Positions 9,507 through 19,843 are shown, numbered from the stretch's first letter. The stretch is 64,000 nt of DNA from an uncultured bacterium (GCA_938034905.1 CALHLF010000010.1:6108-70107), one strand, 5' to 3'. The notes: generated by a model from the letters alone, not told the origin. A program made the numbers and translations.

Positions 9507-10190
9507 TTATTTAAGTAGACCTTTTAATTTCAATTCCTCTATTGTTGATTCCAACTCTCCTATTTTCTTTTCGAGGTATAAAATCCTTGAATTCAAATCT
9601 TCTATTATCTGAGAATAAGGATCTGGCAAGTTTCCATGAGCTAAGATGTCATTTTCAACCCTTTTCCCATTTTGAATTATTATTCTTCCAGGGACTCCAA
9701 CAACAGTACAATTAGGTGGAACAGACTTTAGAACAACAGAACCTGCCCCAATTCTTACGTTATCTCCTATAGTTATAGGCCCTAATACCTTTGCACCTGC
9801 CCCAATAACCACGTTATTTCCAATAGTAGGATGCCTTTTTCCCTTTTCCTTTCCTGTTCCTCCAAGGGTTACCCCCTGGTAAAGGAGAACATTATCTCCA
9901 ATTTCTGTAGTTTCTCCAATTACCACTCCCATTCCATGATCAATAAAGAAGCCCTTTCCAATTTTTGCACCAGGATGAATTTCTATGCCCGTTAAAAATC
10001 TTCCAATGTGGGAAATTAATCTTGGAATTACTGGAATTTTCATTCTCCAAAGAAAATGAGCAAGTCTGTGAATAAGTATCGCGTGAAATCCAGGATAACA
10101 GAGAATTACCTCTAAAAAATTTCTTGCAGCTGGATCTTTATCAAATACCGCTTTATAATCTGCCTTTATAGTTTCCCATATTTTTCTCAT
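9507..10190 (-). CDS. cysE: serine O-acetyltransferase
   Basis: Hexapeptide LbH region with [21 protein letters not shown] and GKRHPTIG motifs, plus an N-terminal SATase helical domain. Confidence 0.9.
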   Translation of the reverse strand: MRKIWETIKADYKAVFDKDPAARNFLEVILCYPGFHAILIHRLAHFLWRMKIPVIPRLISHIGRFLTGIEIHPGAKIGKGFFIDHGMGVVIGETTEIGDNVLLYQGVTLGGTGKEKGKRHPTIGNNVVIGAGAKVLGPITIGDNVRIGAGSVVLKSVPPNCTVVGVPGRIIIQNGKRVENDILAHGNLPDPYSQIIEDLNSRILYLEKKIGELESTIEELKLKGLLK

Positions 10191-10303
10191 ATGTTCACCT
10201 CAATTTATACTTTTTTAGTGTAAATTATTTTAACATAAATTTTTATTTTGTAAAGTTTTGATTATAATTAAGGATATAATTTGACATCCAAGGAGGGAAG
10301 AGA

Positions 10304-11233
10304 ATGCGAAATTTAAAAGGGAAAGATTTGCTTTCCATCTCTGATCTTAATAGAGAAGAGATAGAAGAAATATTCTACTTGGCAAAAAAATTAAAAACTC
10401 TCTTTTACTTAGGTAAAAGAGAGTGTGATTATCTAAAAGGAAAAACTGTAGCTCTTTTTTTTGAAAAACCATCTACCAGGACAAGAATTTCCTTTGAGGT
10501 GGGCATTTATCAATTAGGAGGTCATCCCTTATATTTGAATGCTCAAGATATGCAATTGAAAAGAGGGGAAACAATTGGTGATACTGCAAGGGTTTTAGAA
10601 AGATATGTGGATGGGATAATGGCAAGGGTATTTTCTCATTCCACTTTAGAGGAATTAGCAAAGTATTCAAATATTCCTGTTATAAATGGACTTTCAGACT
10701 TGGAACATCCATGTCAAGTTTTATCAGATTATTTCACTATTAGAGAAAAAAAGGGGAATAAAAAATTAAAAATCGTTTATCTTGGGGATGGAAATAATGT
10801 AGCAAATTCTCTTATACTTTGTGGAAGTTTATTGGGAATGGAGGTAATTTGTTCATCTCCAAAGGATTTTTATCCCAATTCTGATATCTTAAAGAAGGCA
10901 ATGGATATTGCAAAAAAAACAGGAGCAAAAATAGAGATTATAGAGAATCCAAAGGAAGCAGTTAAAGATGCTGATGTTTTATATACCGATGTATGGATAA
11001 GTATGGGACAAGAAGAGGAAAAGGAAAAAAGATTAAAAATTTTTCCCCCTTATCAATTAAATAGAACCCTTCTTTCCTTAGCTAAGGAAGACGTAATGGT
11101 TATGCATTGTCTTCCGGCTCATAGAGGGGAGGAAATTACCGATGATGTTATGGATGGACCAAATTCTATTGTTTTTGACCAGTCGGAAAATAGACTCCAT
11201 GTTCAGAAGGCAATCTTAGCTTTATTAATCTAA
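10304..11233 (+). CDS. argF: ornithine carbamoyltransferase
   Basis: STRTR, HPCQ, DVWISMGQE and HCLPAHRGEE motifs. 309 aa. Confidence 0.9.
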   Translation: MRNLKGKDLLSISDLNREEIEEIFYLAKKLKTLFYLGKRECDYLKGKTVALFFEKPSTRTRISFEVGIYQLGGHPLYLNAQDMQLKRGETIGDTARVLERYVDGIMARVFSHSTLEELAKYSNIPVINGLSDLEHPCQVLSDYFTIREKKGNKKLKIVYLGDGNNVANSLILCGSLLGMEVICSSPKDFYPNSDILKKAMDIAKKTGAKIEIIENPKEAVKDADVLYTDVWISMGQEEEKEKRLKIFPPYQLNRTLLSLAKEDVMVMHCLPAHRGEEITDDVMDGPNSIVFDQSENRLHVQKAILALLI

Positions 11234-11253
11234 TCTAAAAGGGAGGTTTGAAA

Positions 11254-12642
11254 ATGGCTAATATAAAAATTGCGTTTATTGGTGCAGGAAGTGTAAGGTA
11301 TACTTTAACCCTTATCTCTGATCTTTGTAAAATAAAAGAATTAAAAGATTCCTTTGTTTCTTTAATGGATATAGACGAGGAAAGATTAGAAGCAGTTTAT
11401 AAGCTTTCCAAAAGATTAAACAATGAGCTTTCTTCCTCTTTAACTATTGAAAAAACAAAAAACCTTCAAGAGGCATTAGATGGGTCAAGTTATGTAATAA
11501 ATACTGCATTAGCTCGGGGAGAAGGACATGAAGATGGATATATTCAATATGAAATTATGAGAGAAGTGGGAGAAAAACATGGATACTATAGAGGCATAGA
11601 TAGTCAGGAGTTCAATATGGTCTCAGATTATTATACCATTGGGGGATTTAATCAATTGAAGATGTCCCTTGATATAGCAAGGGCAGTGGAAAAATATTCC
11701 CCTAATGCATATCTTTTACAAACTGCAAATCCAGTTTTTGAAATTACCCAATTGGTCCTGAGAAAGACTAAAGCAAAAATTATAGGATTCTGTCATGGAT
11801 ATGGAGGAGTATTTGACGTAATTCATACCTTAGGATTAGAACCTGATAAAGTAGAATGGCAAGTTGCAGGAGTAAATCATGGGATATGGCTCAATAGATT
11901 TTTATACGAAGGAAAGGACGCCTATCCCCTTCTTGATAAGTGGATAGAAGAGAAATCTTCAGAATGGGAACCTAAGAATCCGTGGGATGTTCAACTTAGT
12001 CCTGCCAGTATAGATATGTATAGATTTTATGGCATGCTTCCCATTGGTGATACACCAAGAAATGGTTCTTGGAAGTATCATTATAATCTTGAAACAAAGA
12101 AAAAGTGGTACGGAAAGTTTGGGGGAATAGATAATGAAGTAGAAAGGCCTAAATTTTATGAGAGTTTAAGAGCTATAAAAAGAACTTTAATAGATCTATC
12201 TAAAAGGGAGGATTTAAAGCTTTCCCAGATATTTCCTGAGGTGGAAAGGGAGAAATTAAGTGGAGAACAACACATCCCCTTCATAGATGCTATAGAGAAC
12301 AATAAAAAGAAAAGATTAATTTTAAATATCCTTAATAACGGAATTATATCAGATATTCCTAAGGATGTAGTAGTTGAAGTTCCTGTTTGGGTTGATAGAG
12401 AAGGGATTCATCCCGAAGACATCTATCCTGATTTAACCCCTCGAATCAAAAAATTTTTTCTCACCCCAAGGATTATGAGAATGGAATTTGCCTTAGAGGC
12501 ATTTATAACAGGAGATAGAAAAGTTCTTGAAGAAATTTTAATAAGAGATCCCAGAACAAAATCCTATGAGCAAGTAAAGACAGTTATTGATGAGATTTTA
12601 AATTTACCCTTTAATAGGGAGATGAAAGAGCACTATAGATAA
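11254..12642 (+). CDS. aglA: GH4 NAD/Mn-dependent alpha-glucosidase (AglA-like)
   Basis: IAFIGAGS Rossmann motif plus GYYRGIDSQEFNMVSDYY, GFCHG, WQVAGVNHGIWLNRF and GEQHIPFIDA, resembling Thermotoga-type AglA. The ATG at 11254 sits 7 nt after GGGAGG and is preferred over the TTG at 11248. Confidence 0.85.
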   Translation: MANIKIAFIGAGSVRYTLTLISDLCKIKELKDSFVSLMDIDEERLEAVYKLSKRLNNELSSSLTIEKTKNLQEALDGSSYVINTALARGEGHEDGYIQYEIMREVGEKHGYYRGIDSQEFNMVSDYYTIGGFNQLKMSLDIARAVEKYSPNAYLLQTANPVFEITQLVLRKTKAKIIGFCHGYGGVFDVIHTLGLEPDKVEWQVAGVNHGIWLNRFLYEGKDAYPLLDKWIEEKSSEWEPKNPWDVQLSPASIDMYRFYGMLPIGDTPRNGSWKYHYNLETKKKWYGKFGGIDNEVERPKFYESLRAIKRTLIDLSKREDLKLSQIFPEVEREKLSGEQHIPFIDAIENNKKKRLILNILNNGIISDIPKDVVVEVPVWVDREGIHPEDIYPDLTPRIKKFFLTPRIMRMEFALEAFITGDRKVLEEILIRDPRTKSYEQVKTVIDEILNLPFNREMKEHYR

Positions 12643-13408
12643 AAATTTTACTCTCCTTTAGATCTTCTAAGGGATTCTTAAAAGAGGTTTCTACCGTAAG
12701 GGGACCAGGATAGTCTATTTCTCTTAATTTATCAAATATCTCGGAAAAACTTATTTTCCCTTCTCCCAATCTTAGATATTTTCTTTTACCTTCATCATCA
12801 AAACCCTGTCCATCATAATCCCTTACATGAACATTTTTTAAATATCTTAAAACTTTTATGGGATATTTTTCTAAGGAAAATTCTGTTGAGAAGAGATATT
12901 CAGTATCAATAGTTATACCTACATTTTTAGGATATCTACTGATAAGATTTTCATAGAATAAGGGGGGATTGGGAAGATAAGGTACATTTTCAATAGTTAA
13001 TGTAACATTATATTTTATAGCATAATCCACCATTTTATCGAATATTGGGAAGATTGTTTTTAAAAGGGAATCTATGTTAGATCTAAAAGGAGGATGAAGG
13101 ACAATAACTGGAATATAATGTTGTCCAGCTTTTTTTATTAATCTACTTAGAGATGGAAATATCTCTTTAAAGGGTTTATGAAGAATATTTTTTGGGGCAT
13201 GAAGGGTTAATACTTTACCTTGATATTTTAAAGCTTCATGTAATAATAAATTGATCATTTCATCACTAAAAACTTGAGCAATAAACAATTCAATACCATT
13301 ATATCCCGAGAAGATTATATGTTCCATAGCAGATATAGTTGTCCTAAATTTTCCCTCTGGACTATCCTCTGGATCTAAAAATGTCGCAGTAGAACAAGAT
13401 ATAATCAT
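12611..13408 (-). CDS. sugar phosphate isomerase/epimerase (xylose isomerase-like TIM barrel)
   Basis: 265 aa with the AP-endonuclease-2/TIM-barrel pattern (GYNGIELF.., LHPP, TIENVP, IDTEY, VHVRD). Confidence 0.75.
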   Translation of the reverse strand: MIISCSTATFLDPEDSPEGKFRTTISAMEHIIFSGYNGIELFIAQVFSDEMINLLLHEALKYQGKVLTLHAPKNILHKPFKEIFPSLSRLIKKAGQHYIPVIVLHPPFRSNIDSLLKTIFPIFDKMVDYAIKYNVTLTIENVPYLPNPPLFYENLISRYPKNVGITIDTEYLFSTEFSLEKYPIKVLRYLKNVHVRDYDGQGFDDEGKRKYLRLGEGKISFSEIFDKLREIDYPGPLTVETSFKNPLEDLKESKIFIYSALSSPY

Positions 13409-13467
13409 AATTTTTCTCTTAAAAATCTTTTTTTCTAATTATATTCTATGATATAATCAAATACAAA

Positions 13468-13556
13468 GGGGAGGTGTCCGAATTGGCAAGGGGCCGGTCT
13501 TGAAAACCGGTAAGGCCCTCGCGGCCATGTGGGTTCGAGTCCCACCCTCCCCGCCA
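13468..13556 (+). tRNA. tRNA-Ser (anticodon UGA), class II with long variable arm, CCA encoded
   Basis: Acceptor stem GGGGAGG/CCTCCCC. Anticodon stem CCGGT/ACCGG with loop CTTGAAA. Variable arm GGCC..GGCC. T-arm GTGGG TTCGAGT CCCAC. Preceded by TGaTATAAT. Confidence 0.95.
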
Positions 13557-13597
13557 ATTTTTTTATTAATCTCTTTTTTCATATGGAGGTTATATCT

Positions 13598-14089
13598 ATG
13601 GTTAAAATTGGCGTAATATCAGATACTCATCTTCCCTCACGTCTACCCCATCTACCCTCTATAGTTTTGGAAAAATTACAAGGAGTACAAATGATATTAC
13701 ATGCAGGAGATTGGGAAGAATTATTTTTTTTGAAAGACCTTGAAAAAATAGCACCTGTATATGGGGTACATGGAAATATGGACTCCTTAGAAGTTAAGAA
13801 AAAACTGCCAGCAAAAAGGGTTATAGAAGTTGAAAATATAAAAATCGGTCTAATTCATGGAGGAGGAAGTCCCTTTGGAATAAAGGAGAGGATAAAAAGA
13901 GAATTTTTAGAAGAAGGGATAAAGGTAATAGTTTTTGGTCATACCCATCGTGCCCTGATGGAATGGGATGAGGATATATTTTTCTTTAATCCTGGCTCTC
14001 CTACAGATAAATTCTTTACAACAAAAAACTCTATTGGAATTCTTTATGTGGACAAGGATAAGGTTTGGGGAGAGATTATTGAATTATGA
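13598..14089 (+). CDS. metallophosphoesterase, MJ0936/YfcE family
   Basis: MVKIGVISDTHLP, HAGD, GNMD and GHTH motifs. The ATG at 13598 sits 8 nt after GGAGG. The track start at 13529 lies inside the tRNA and is rejected. Confidence 0.8.
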   Translation: MVKIGVISDTHLPSRLPHLPSIVLEKLQGVQMILHAGDWEELFFLKDLEKIAPVYGVHGNMDSLEVKKKLPAKRVIEVENIKIGLIHGGGSPFGIKERIKREFLEEGIKVIVFGHTHRALMEWDEDIFFFNPGSPTDKFFTTKNSIGILYVDKDKVWGEIIEL

Positions 14090-15723
14090 AAAAGATTAAA
14101 GAAATTATTGAATATTTAAATATAAAAGAGGAAGATTATTATCCCTATGGATGGTATATAGCGAAGGTTAACTGGAGACTTTTATATAATTTACAAGAAA
14201 AACCTGATGGTAAACTAATTTTAGTAACTTCTATAACTCCAACCTCAGCAGGGGAAGGAAAAACTACAACCACAATAGGTTTAGGGGATGCCTTATCCTC
14301 CTTGGGGAAAAAGACAATAATTTGTCTTAGAGAGCCCTCTTTAGGTCCATTTTTTGGTATAAAAGGGGGAGCTGTTGGGGGAGGAAAGTCAAAAGTTGTT
14401 CCAGACTTAGAGATTAACCTCCATTTCACAGGGGATATTCATGCCGTTTCCTCAGCCCATAATCTTTTGTCTGCCATGATAGATAACCATATATATCATG
14501 GAAATGAGTTAAAGATTGATACAAGACAGATCTTTTGGAAAAGATGTATAGATATGAATGATAGACAATTAAGATTTATTGTAAGTGGACTTGGAGGAAA
14601 GACAAATGGTGTTCCTAGGGAAGATGGATTTGAGATAACAGCATCCTCCGAAGTGATGGCAATATTATCTTTAGCAAGGGATTTAGAGGACTTGAAAGAA
14701 AGACTTGGAAACATTATTATAGGGATTAATAGTAAGGGAGATCCGGTATTTTGTAGAGATCTGAAGGCTGAAGGAGCAATGTGTGTTCTTTTAAAGGATG
14801 CATTATCCCCCAATTTAGTTCAATCTCAAGAGGGCACTCCTGCTTTTATCCATGGAGGGCCCTTTGCTAATATTGCCCATGGTTGTAATTCCCTTATAGC
14901 TACAAAAATAGCCTTAAAACTTGCAGATTATGTTGTAACTGAGGCAGGATTTGGCTCTGAACTGGGAGCAGAGAAGTTTTTTAATATTAAATGTAGAGTT
15001 GGAAGACTTAATCCCTCATGCGTAGTATTAGTTGTATCCATTAGAGCTTTAAAATTGCATGGTGGAGCTAAGAAGAAGGAGTTAGATAAAGAAAACATTG
15101 ATGCATTAAAAAGGGGAATTCCCAATTTACTTCATCATATCCACATAATCAACGATGTTTTTCATTTACCATTAGTTGTTGCAATTAATAAATTCCCCTT
15201 TGATACTGAGAAAGAAATAAAAACTCTTGAGGAGATTCTTGATGACAACAAAATAAGATATGCAATATCTGAGGTATTTGAAAGGGGAGGCGAAGGTGGA
15301 ATTAAGTTGGCCTCAGAAGTTCTAAATGCTATAAAAGAGGAAAAAAATGGATTTGATAATTTATATAAATTAGAGGAATCTTATGAGGCAAAGATTGAGA
15401 AAATTGCCACAAAAGTTTATTCTGCGGAAAAAGTAGTATTTAGTGATTCTGCAAAGGAAGATTTGGAAAGGATATATAAATGGGGATTTAATAATTTACC
15501 AATATGTATGGCAAAGACTCAATTTTCCCTTTCGGATAATCCTAAGCTTTTGGGAAAACCAGAGAATTTTATTCTTAATATAAAGGGATTAAAAATTTCG
15601 GCGGGTGCAGGTTTTATAGTGGTATATACAGGAGAGATTTTGACTATGCCAGGATTACCTAAAATTCCTTCCGCAGTAAAAATTGATATAGATAAATATG
15701 GAAATATAAAGGTGGAAGATTAA
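14086..15723 (+). CDS. fhs: formate--tetrahydrofolate ligase
   Basis: 545 aa with the TPTSAGEGKTTTTIGL P-loop, PAFIHGGPFANIAHG and FSLSDNPKLLG. Confidence 0.95.
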   Translation: MKKIKEIIEYLNIKEEDYYPYGWYIAKVNWRLLYNLQEKPDGKLILVTSITPTSAGEGKTTTTIGLGDALSSLGKKTIICLREPSLGPFFGIKGGAVGGGKSKVVPDLEINLHFTGDIHAVSSAHNLLSAMIDNHIYHGNELKIDTRQIFWKRCIDMNDRQLRFIVSGLGGKTNGVPREDGFEITASSEVMAILSLARDLEDLKERLGNIIIGINSKGDPVFCRDLKAEGAMCVLLKDALSPNLVQSQEGTPAFIHGGPFANIAHGCNSLIATKIALKLADYVVTEAGFGSELGAEKFFNIKCRVGRLNPSCVVLVVSIRALKLHGGAKKKELDKENIDALKRGIPNLLHHIHIINDVFHLPLVVAINKFPFDTEKEIKTLEEILDDNKIRYAISEVFERGGEGGIKLASEVLNAIKEEKNGFDNLYKLEESYEAKIEKIATKVYSAEKVVFSDSAKEDLERIYKWGFNNLPICMAKTQFSLSDNPKLLGKPENFILNIKGLKISAGAGFIVVYTGEILTMPGLPKIPSAVKIDIDKYGNIKVED

Positions 15724-15724
15724 G

Positions 15725-16576
15725 ATGGCAGAAATACTATGGGGAAAACCCTGTGCAGAGGTTATGGACGAGAAAATCAAAGAGGAGGTTAAAAGGTTAA
15801 AGGAGAAAAATATTAATCCTACTTTATCTATCGTTAGAATTGGAGAGAATAAAGAAGCAGAGACTTATCTAAGAAATATCAAAAAAGTATTTCAGAAATT
15901 GGAGATAGAAATAGAAGAAAGAAATTATGATGAAAAGATTTCCTTTGAGAAATTAATGGAAATTTATAAAGAGCTGAAAGAAGATAAAAATATTCATGGA
16001 GTTCTAATTTTGAGACCTCTTCCCCCTCATCTGGAAAAATTGAGTGCCTATGCCCTTTTACCTGAGGAGAAGGATATCGAAGGATTAAGTTATATAAACT
16101 TAGGAAGATTATTTGTGGGAGAAGAAAGCTTTATCCCATGTACACCCTTGGCAGTTATGGAACTTTTAGATTATTATAATATTTCCATAGAGGGAAAGGA
16201 TGTGGTAATTATTGGAAGAAGCATTTCTGTGGGAAGGCCTTTGGCATTACTCTTTCTGAAGAGGAACGCTACAGTGACCATCTGTCATTCAAAAACAAAG
16301 GATTTATCTTCATATACAAAAAGAGCTGAAATTTTAGTTTCAGCGGTGGGAAAGACAGGTATAGTTAATGGGGAAATGATAAAGGAGGGAAGTATCTTAA
16401 TAGATATAGGCACAAACATGGTTAATGGAAAGCTGGTGGGAGATATAGATTTTGAGGGGGTTAAAGAGAAAGCAAAAGCAATAACTCCTGTTCCTGGAGG
16501 GGTAGGAGTTATAACCATTAGAGCTTTAGCAAAAAACCTATTGGAGGCAGTAAAGAGAAATGAAGTTGGAAATTAA
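15725..16576 (+). CDS. folD: bifunctional methylene-THF dehydrogenase / methenyl-THF cyclohydrolase
   Basis: 283 aa with PCTPLAVMELL, VVIIGRSISVGRPLALL and TPVPGGVGVIT. Confidence 0.95.
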   Translation: MAEILWGKPCAEVMDEKIKEEVKRLKEKNINPTLSIVRIGENKEAETYLRNIKKVFQKLEIEIEERNYDEKISFEKLMEIYKELKEDKNIHGVLILRPLPPHLEKLSAYALLPEEKDIEGLSYINLGRLFVGEESFIPCTPLAVMELLDYYNISIEGKDVVIIGRSISVGRPLALLFLKRNATVTICHSKTKDLSSYTKRAEILVSAVGKTGIVNGEMIKEGSILIDIGTNMVNGKLVGDIDFEGVKEKAKAITPVPGGVGVITIRALAKNLLEAVKRNEVGN

Positions 16577-17144
16577 AAATTGGGAAGAGATAAAGGAGTT
16601 TTTAGAGAAGGAAGTTTTTATATTTAGCTGTGATAATTGTGGAACTGAAGATTTAGAGAATAAAAATGCAAAAATAAAAGAATTTTTAGAAGAACATGAC
16701 ATTAAAATAATAAAGATTATTAATCTAAAGCCTGAGGATTGTAATATTCCTTCCTTAAAGAAGATCTTGGAGAAAGAGTTTATTCCCTCAAAAGTTGTTT
16801 TAACATTTACCTGTGGAGGGCTACCTCAAATTCTCCCTTCCTTAATAACCTCAAAAGTTATTCCCGCAGTAGATACTATAAGTATAAGATCAAGGGGAAA
16901 ATTAGGTTATTTTACAAAATTGTGCTCTGCATGTGGAGATTGCTGGATTCATTATACAGGCAATTTATGTATAGAAAATCTTTGTCCTAAAAAAATGAGA
17001 AATGGACCCTGTGGAGGATCAAAGGATGGTTTTTGTGAGGTTTTTAGTGATAGAATATGTTCCTTTATTATTCTCTTTAGAAGGGGAATAGAAATTAAGG
17101 AAATAATTCCTCCTAAAGATTTTAGTAAGATTTTATTAAGATGA
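16560..17144 (+). CDS. metV: MetV-like Cys-rich protein (methylene-THF reductase C-terminal-domain family)
   Basis: CSACGDC...CPKKMRNGPCGG motif, and position immediately upstream of and overlapping metF, as in acetogen metVF pairs. Confidence 0.7.
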   Translation: MKLEIKNWEEIKEFLEKEVFIFSCDNCGTEDLENKNAKIKEFLEEHDIKIIKIINLKPEDCNIPSLKKILEKEFIPSKVVLTFTCGGLPQILPSLITSKVIPAVDTISIRSRGKLGYFTKLCSACGDCWIHYTGNLCIENLCPKKMRNGPCGGSKDGFCEVFSDRICSFIILFRRGIEIKEIIPPKDFSKILLR

Positions 17145-18034
17145 GCTTCAAAGAGAAATTATTATCTGGAGGTTTTGTTATAACTGCAGAAGTTACACCT
17201 CCAAGGGGGGTAGATGTAGAGCCTTTTATAAAGGGAAGTCTATCCCTTAAGGATAAGTTAGATGCTTTAAATGTCACTGACTTTCAAAATGTGGGGGTAA
17301 GGATAACATCCTTAGTAGGAAGTTATTTACTTATTAAAGAGGGGATTGAGCCAATTTTTCAGATAACATCAAGGGATAGAAATAGAGTTGCCATTCAAGG
17401 AGAAGTTTTAAGTGCTTATGTATTGGGGATTAGGAATATACTAGTATTAACAGGAGATTATCCCACAACAGGAATAATGAAAAATGCAAAACCAGTATTT
17501 GACATTGATACAATAAATATTCTTCGTTTTATAAAAAATTTATGTAGTGGGAGAGACTCTGCAGGAAAAACGTTAAATGGTACTCCAAATTTTTTTCTTG
17601 GAGCAGTTTTTAATCCCAATTTAGAACCCTTAGATTTGGAGATATCAAAGTTAGAGAGAAAGCATAAGGCAGGAGCAGAATTTTTTCAAACCCAATTATT
17701 TTATGAACTCTCATTGATTGAGAAAACAAGAGAAAAAATAAAGGATTGGGAGCCTAAAATTTTAGCAGGGGTCACTATTTTTAAGTCTAAAGAAATGTTG
17801 TATTACATGATGAATAAAGTTCCAGGGATAAAAATTCCACAAAAAATAATTAAAATCTTAGAAGAAAGTAAGAATATAAGGGAAAAAAGTATAGAGTTTT
17901 GTGCAGAATTTTGTATGAAAATAAAGGAAAGTAAACTTTTAAATGGGATTCATTTCTTAGCAAGTAGGCCAAAGGATATTTTGGAGGTATTAAATTTACT
18001 TAAATGGGAGAGAAAGGAGGTCTCAAATGTTTAA
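17141..18034 (+). CDS. metF: 5,10-methylenetetrahydrofolate reductase
   Basis: 297 aa with the TIM-barrel MTHFR pattern (ITAEVTPPRG, ITSRDRNR, LVLTGD, AEFFQTQLFY). Confidence 0.85.
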   Translation: MSFKEKLLSGGFVITAEVTPPRGVDVEPFIKGSLSLKDKLDALNVTDFQNVGVRITSLVGSYLLIKEGIEPIFQITSRDRNRVAIQGEVLSAYVLGIRNILVLTGDYPTTGIMKNAKPVFDIDTINILRFIKNLCSGRDSAGKTLNGTPNFFLGAVFNPNLEPLDLEISKLERKHKAGAEFFQTQLFYELSLIEKTREKIKDWEPKILAGVTIFKSKEMLYYMMNKVPGIKIPQKIIKILEESKNIREKSIEFCAEFCMKIKESKLLNGIHFLASRPKDILEVLNLLKWERKEVSNV

Positions 18035-18716
18035 GCCTTCTGATTTTTTTGAATTAGATGATTTCGAAGGAGAGATCTTCGAAGGAGTTGAATTTGTATG
18101 GGAGGCCCTCTTAAGATTATCCAATTTCTTATCAAAATATGCAAAACCGGAGATTCATGGAATAGTTAAAGGAGGGGTATTTATTGAGGGACCTGTTTAT
18201 GTGGGGAAGGGAACCATTATAGAGCCAGGAGTATATATAAAGGGTCCTACTTATATTGGCAAAGATTGTGAGATAAGACAAGGTGCCTATTTAAGGGGAA
18301 ATATATTTATAGGAGATAATTGTGTGGTAGGTCATGCTACTGAGGTAAAAAATAGTATACTCCTTAATGGGGCCAGCGCTCCTCATTTTAATTATGTTGG
18401 AGATAGTATTTTAGGACACAATACAAATCTTGGGGCAGGAACAAAAATTTCCAATTTAAAAATTGGTCCAGAATCTACTGTAAAGATAAAAATTGAAAAT
18501 CAAGTTATTGATACAAAATTGAGAAAATTTGGAGCAATAATAGGAGATCATAGTGAGACGGGATGTAATTCTGTTCTAAATCCCGGGACCATTTTAGGGA
18601 AATATGTTTTAGTTTATCCTAATGCTACAGTAAGGGGATATATCCCCGATAGATCCATAGTAAAATTCAAGCCTGGATTGGAGATTTCAAAGATAGAAAA
18701 TTACCAGGCCTTTTGA
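18027..18716 (+). CDS. left-handed beta-helix (hexapeptide repeat) transferase, GlmU C-terminal-like
   Basis: Repeated [LIV]-G-x4 hexapeptides across most of its 229 aa. Overlaps the metF stop by 8 nt. Confidence 0.65.
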   Translation: MFKPSDFFELDDFEGEIFEGVEFVWEALLRLSNFLSKYAKPEIHGIVKGGVFIEGPVYVGKGTIIEPGVYIKGPTYIGKDCEIRQGAYLRGNIFIGDNCVVGHATEVKNSILLNGASAPHFNYVGDSILGHNTNLGAGTKISNLKIGPESTVKIKIENQVIDTKLRKFGAIIGDHSETGCNSVLNPGTILGKYVLVYPNATVRGYIPDRSIVKFKPGLEISKIENYQAF

Positions 18717-19843
18717 AGTAAATTTAATAATACTTCTTCGTTTATCTCTCTTGGATTAGTTTTGATAGCCCTTGACTTTAATCCTTCCTTTGCTAAAAGG
18801 GGGAGATCTTCATATTTTATACCATAATTTCTAAGCCCTAATTTTACCTCCAAAGAATCAAAAAGATCTTTAATCTTTTTAATGATTTTTTCCTGTGCAG
18901 ATCTTAAGGAAAAGACTCCAAGGGTTCTTCCCAAAAGAATAAGTTTTTCTCGAGAAAGAATCTCTAAATTGTATTCCAAAACGGGTAATGTAATAAGAGC
19001 AGTAGAAAGACCATGGGGAAGATTCCCATATACTCCTATGGGATGTGCTAAAGCATGAATAGCTCCCAATCCCGTTAAGGTTAATGCGATACCACTAAAG
19101 GTACTTGCGTAAAGTACTTTTTCCCTTAAATTTATTCTTTCACCATTTTTATATACCCTAGGAAGATAATTATATATTAGTTTAATAGCCTTTAATGAAA
19201 TTGATTCAGTAAGAAGATTATTATTCAATGATAGAAAAGATTCCAATGCATGAATAAAAGCATCTATTCCTGAATAGGCGGTATAGTTAGGGGGTAGAGA
19301 AAGGGTTAGGTATGGATCAACAATTGCCAGATCAGGATATAGATAATCACTGGCTACACTTAACTTTTCCTTTGTTTCAGGATTTATTAAGACGGATACC
19401 CTTGTAACTTCGCTTCCTGTTCCTGCAGTTGTTGGGAGAAGGATACATGGAATGCCCTTCTTAGGAACCTTATCTGCTCCTATATAATTCCATATAGAAT
19501 TGGGAAGTTTGCATCTCACTGCGATAGCCTTTGCAACATCTAAAGCACTTCCTCCTCCAATTCCAATAACTGCATCAATATTATTATTTTCTACAATTTC
19601 TGCCCCTTCATCAACAAAATAATAAGGCGGTTCTGGAGGAACTTTATCATAAATAAATAAATCACATTGATAATTATTAAAACTTTCTTGAATCTTCTCT
19701 AATATTCCTGTATCTTTTAAGTGTTTTTTTCCTGTTACCAATAAAAATTTTCTTCCAAATTTTAAGGCTTCTTCTCCCAAACTTTCCCAAAGTCCCACTC
19801 CAAACTTTATTCTAACAGGAAAATAAAAGGAAAATCCACTCAT
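18701..19843 (-). CDS. iron-containing (group III) alcohol dehydrogenase
   Basis: 380 aa with GIGGGSALDVAKA, the GTGSE motif and His-rich metal site (DAFIHALE, HALAHPIG). Confidence 0.85.
   Translation of the reverse strand: MSGFSFYFPVRIKFGVGLWESLGEEALKFGRKFLLVTGKKHLKDTGILEKIQESFNNYQCDLFIYDKVPPEPPYYFVDEGAEIVENNNIDAVIGIGGGSALDVAKAIAVRCKLPNSIWNYIGADKVPKKGIPCILLPTTAGTGSEVTRVSVLINPETKEKLSVASDYLYPDLAIVDPYLTLSLPPNYTAYSGIDAFIHALESFLSLNNNLLTESISLKAIKLIYNYLPRVYKNGERINLREKVLYASTFSGIALTLTGLGAIHALAHPIGVYGNLPHGLSTALITLPVLEYNLEILSREKLILLGRTLGVFSLRSAQEKIIKKIKDLFDSLEVKLGLRNYGIKYEDLPLLAKEGLKSRAIKTNPREINEEVLLNLLQKAW

Noticed and set aside
9507-9620. C-terminal heptad/coiled-coil tail on CysE as a novelty
   Set aside because: As I recall, Gram-positive-type serine acetyltransferases commonly end in a similar charged helical tail, so this is not distinctive.
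12611-12642. Convergent gene-end overlaps (12611-12642, 18701-18716, 31352-31378, 47998-48009, 57940-57956) as possible mis-called stops or frameshifts
   Set aside because: Both partners in each pair are full-length by family comparison. Short convergent overlaps are consistent with the extreme compaction of this genome.
13468-13556. tRNA-Ser and tRNA-Asn (50399-50475) as integration sites of genomic islands
   Set aside because: I saw no integrase, no transposase and no direct repeat of the tRNA 3' end nearby. The flanking genes are ordinary metabolic genes.
13529-13597. Track start of the phosphoesterase ORF at 13529 (also track starts at 8568, 62220, 63018, 63496 and 11248)
   Set aside because: These upstream extensions overlap a tRNA or the neighbouring gene, or lack an RBS. 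Internal starts with good SD spacing and family-typical N-termini were chosen instead.
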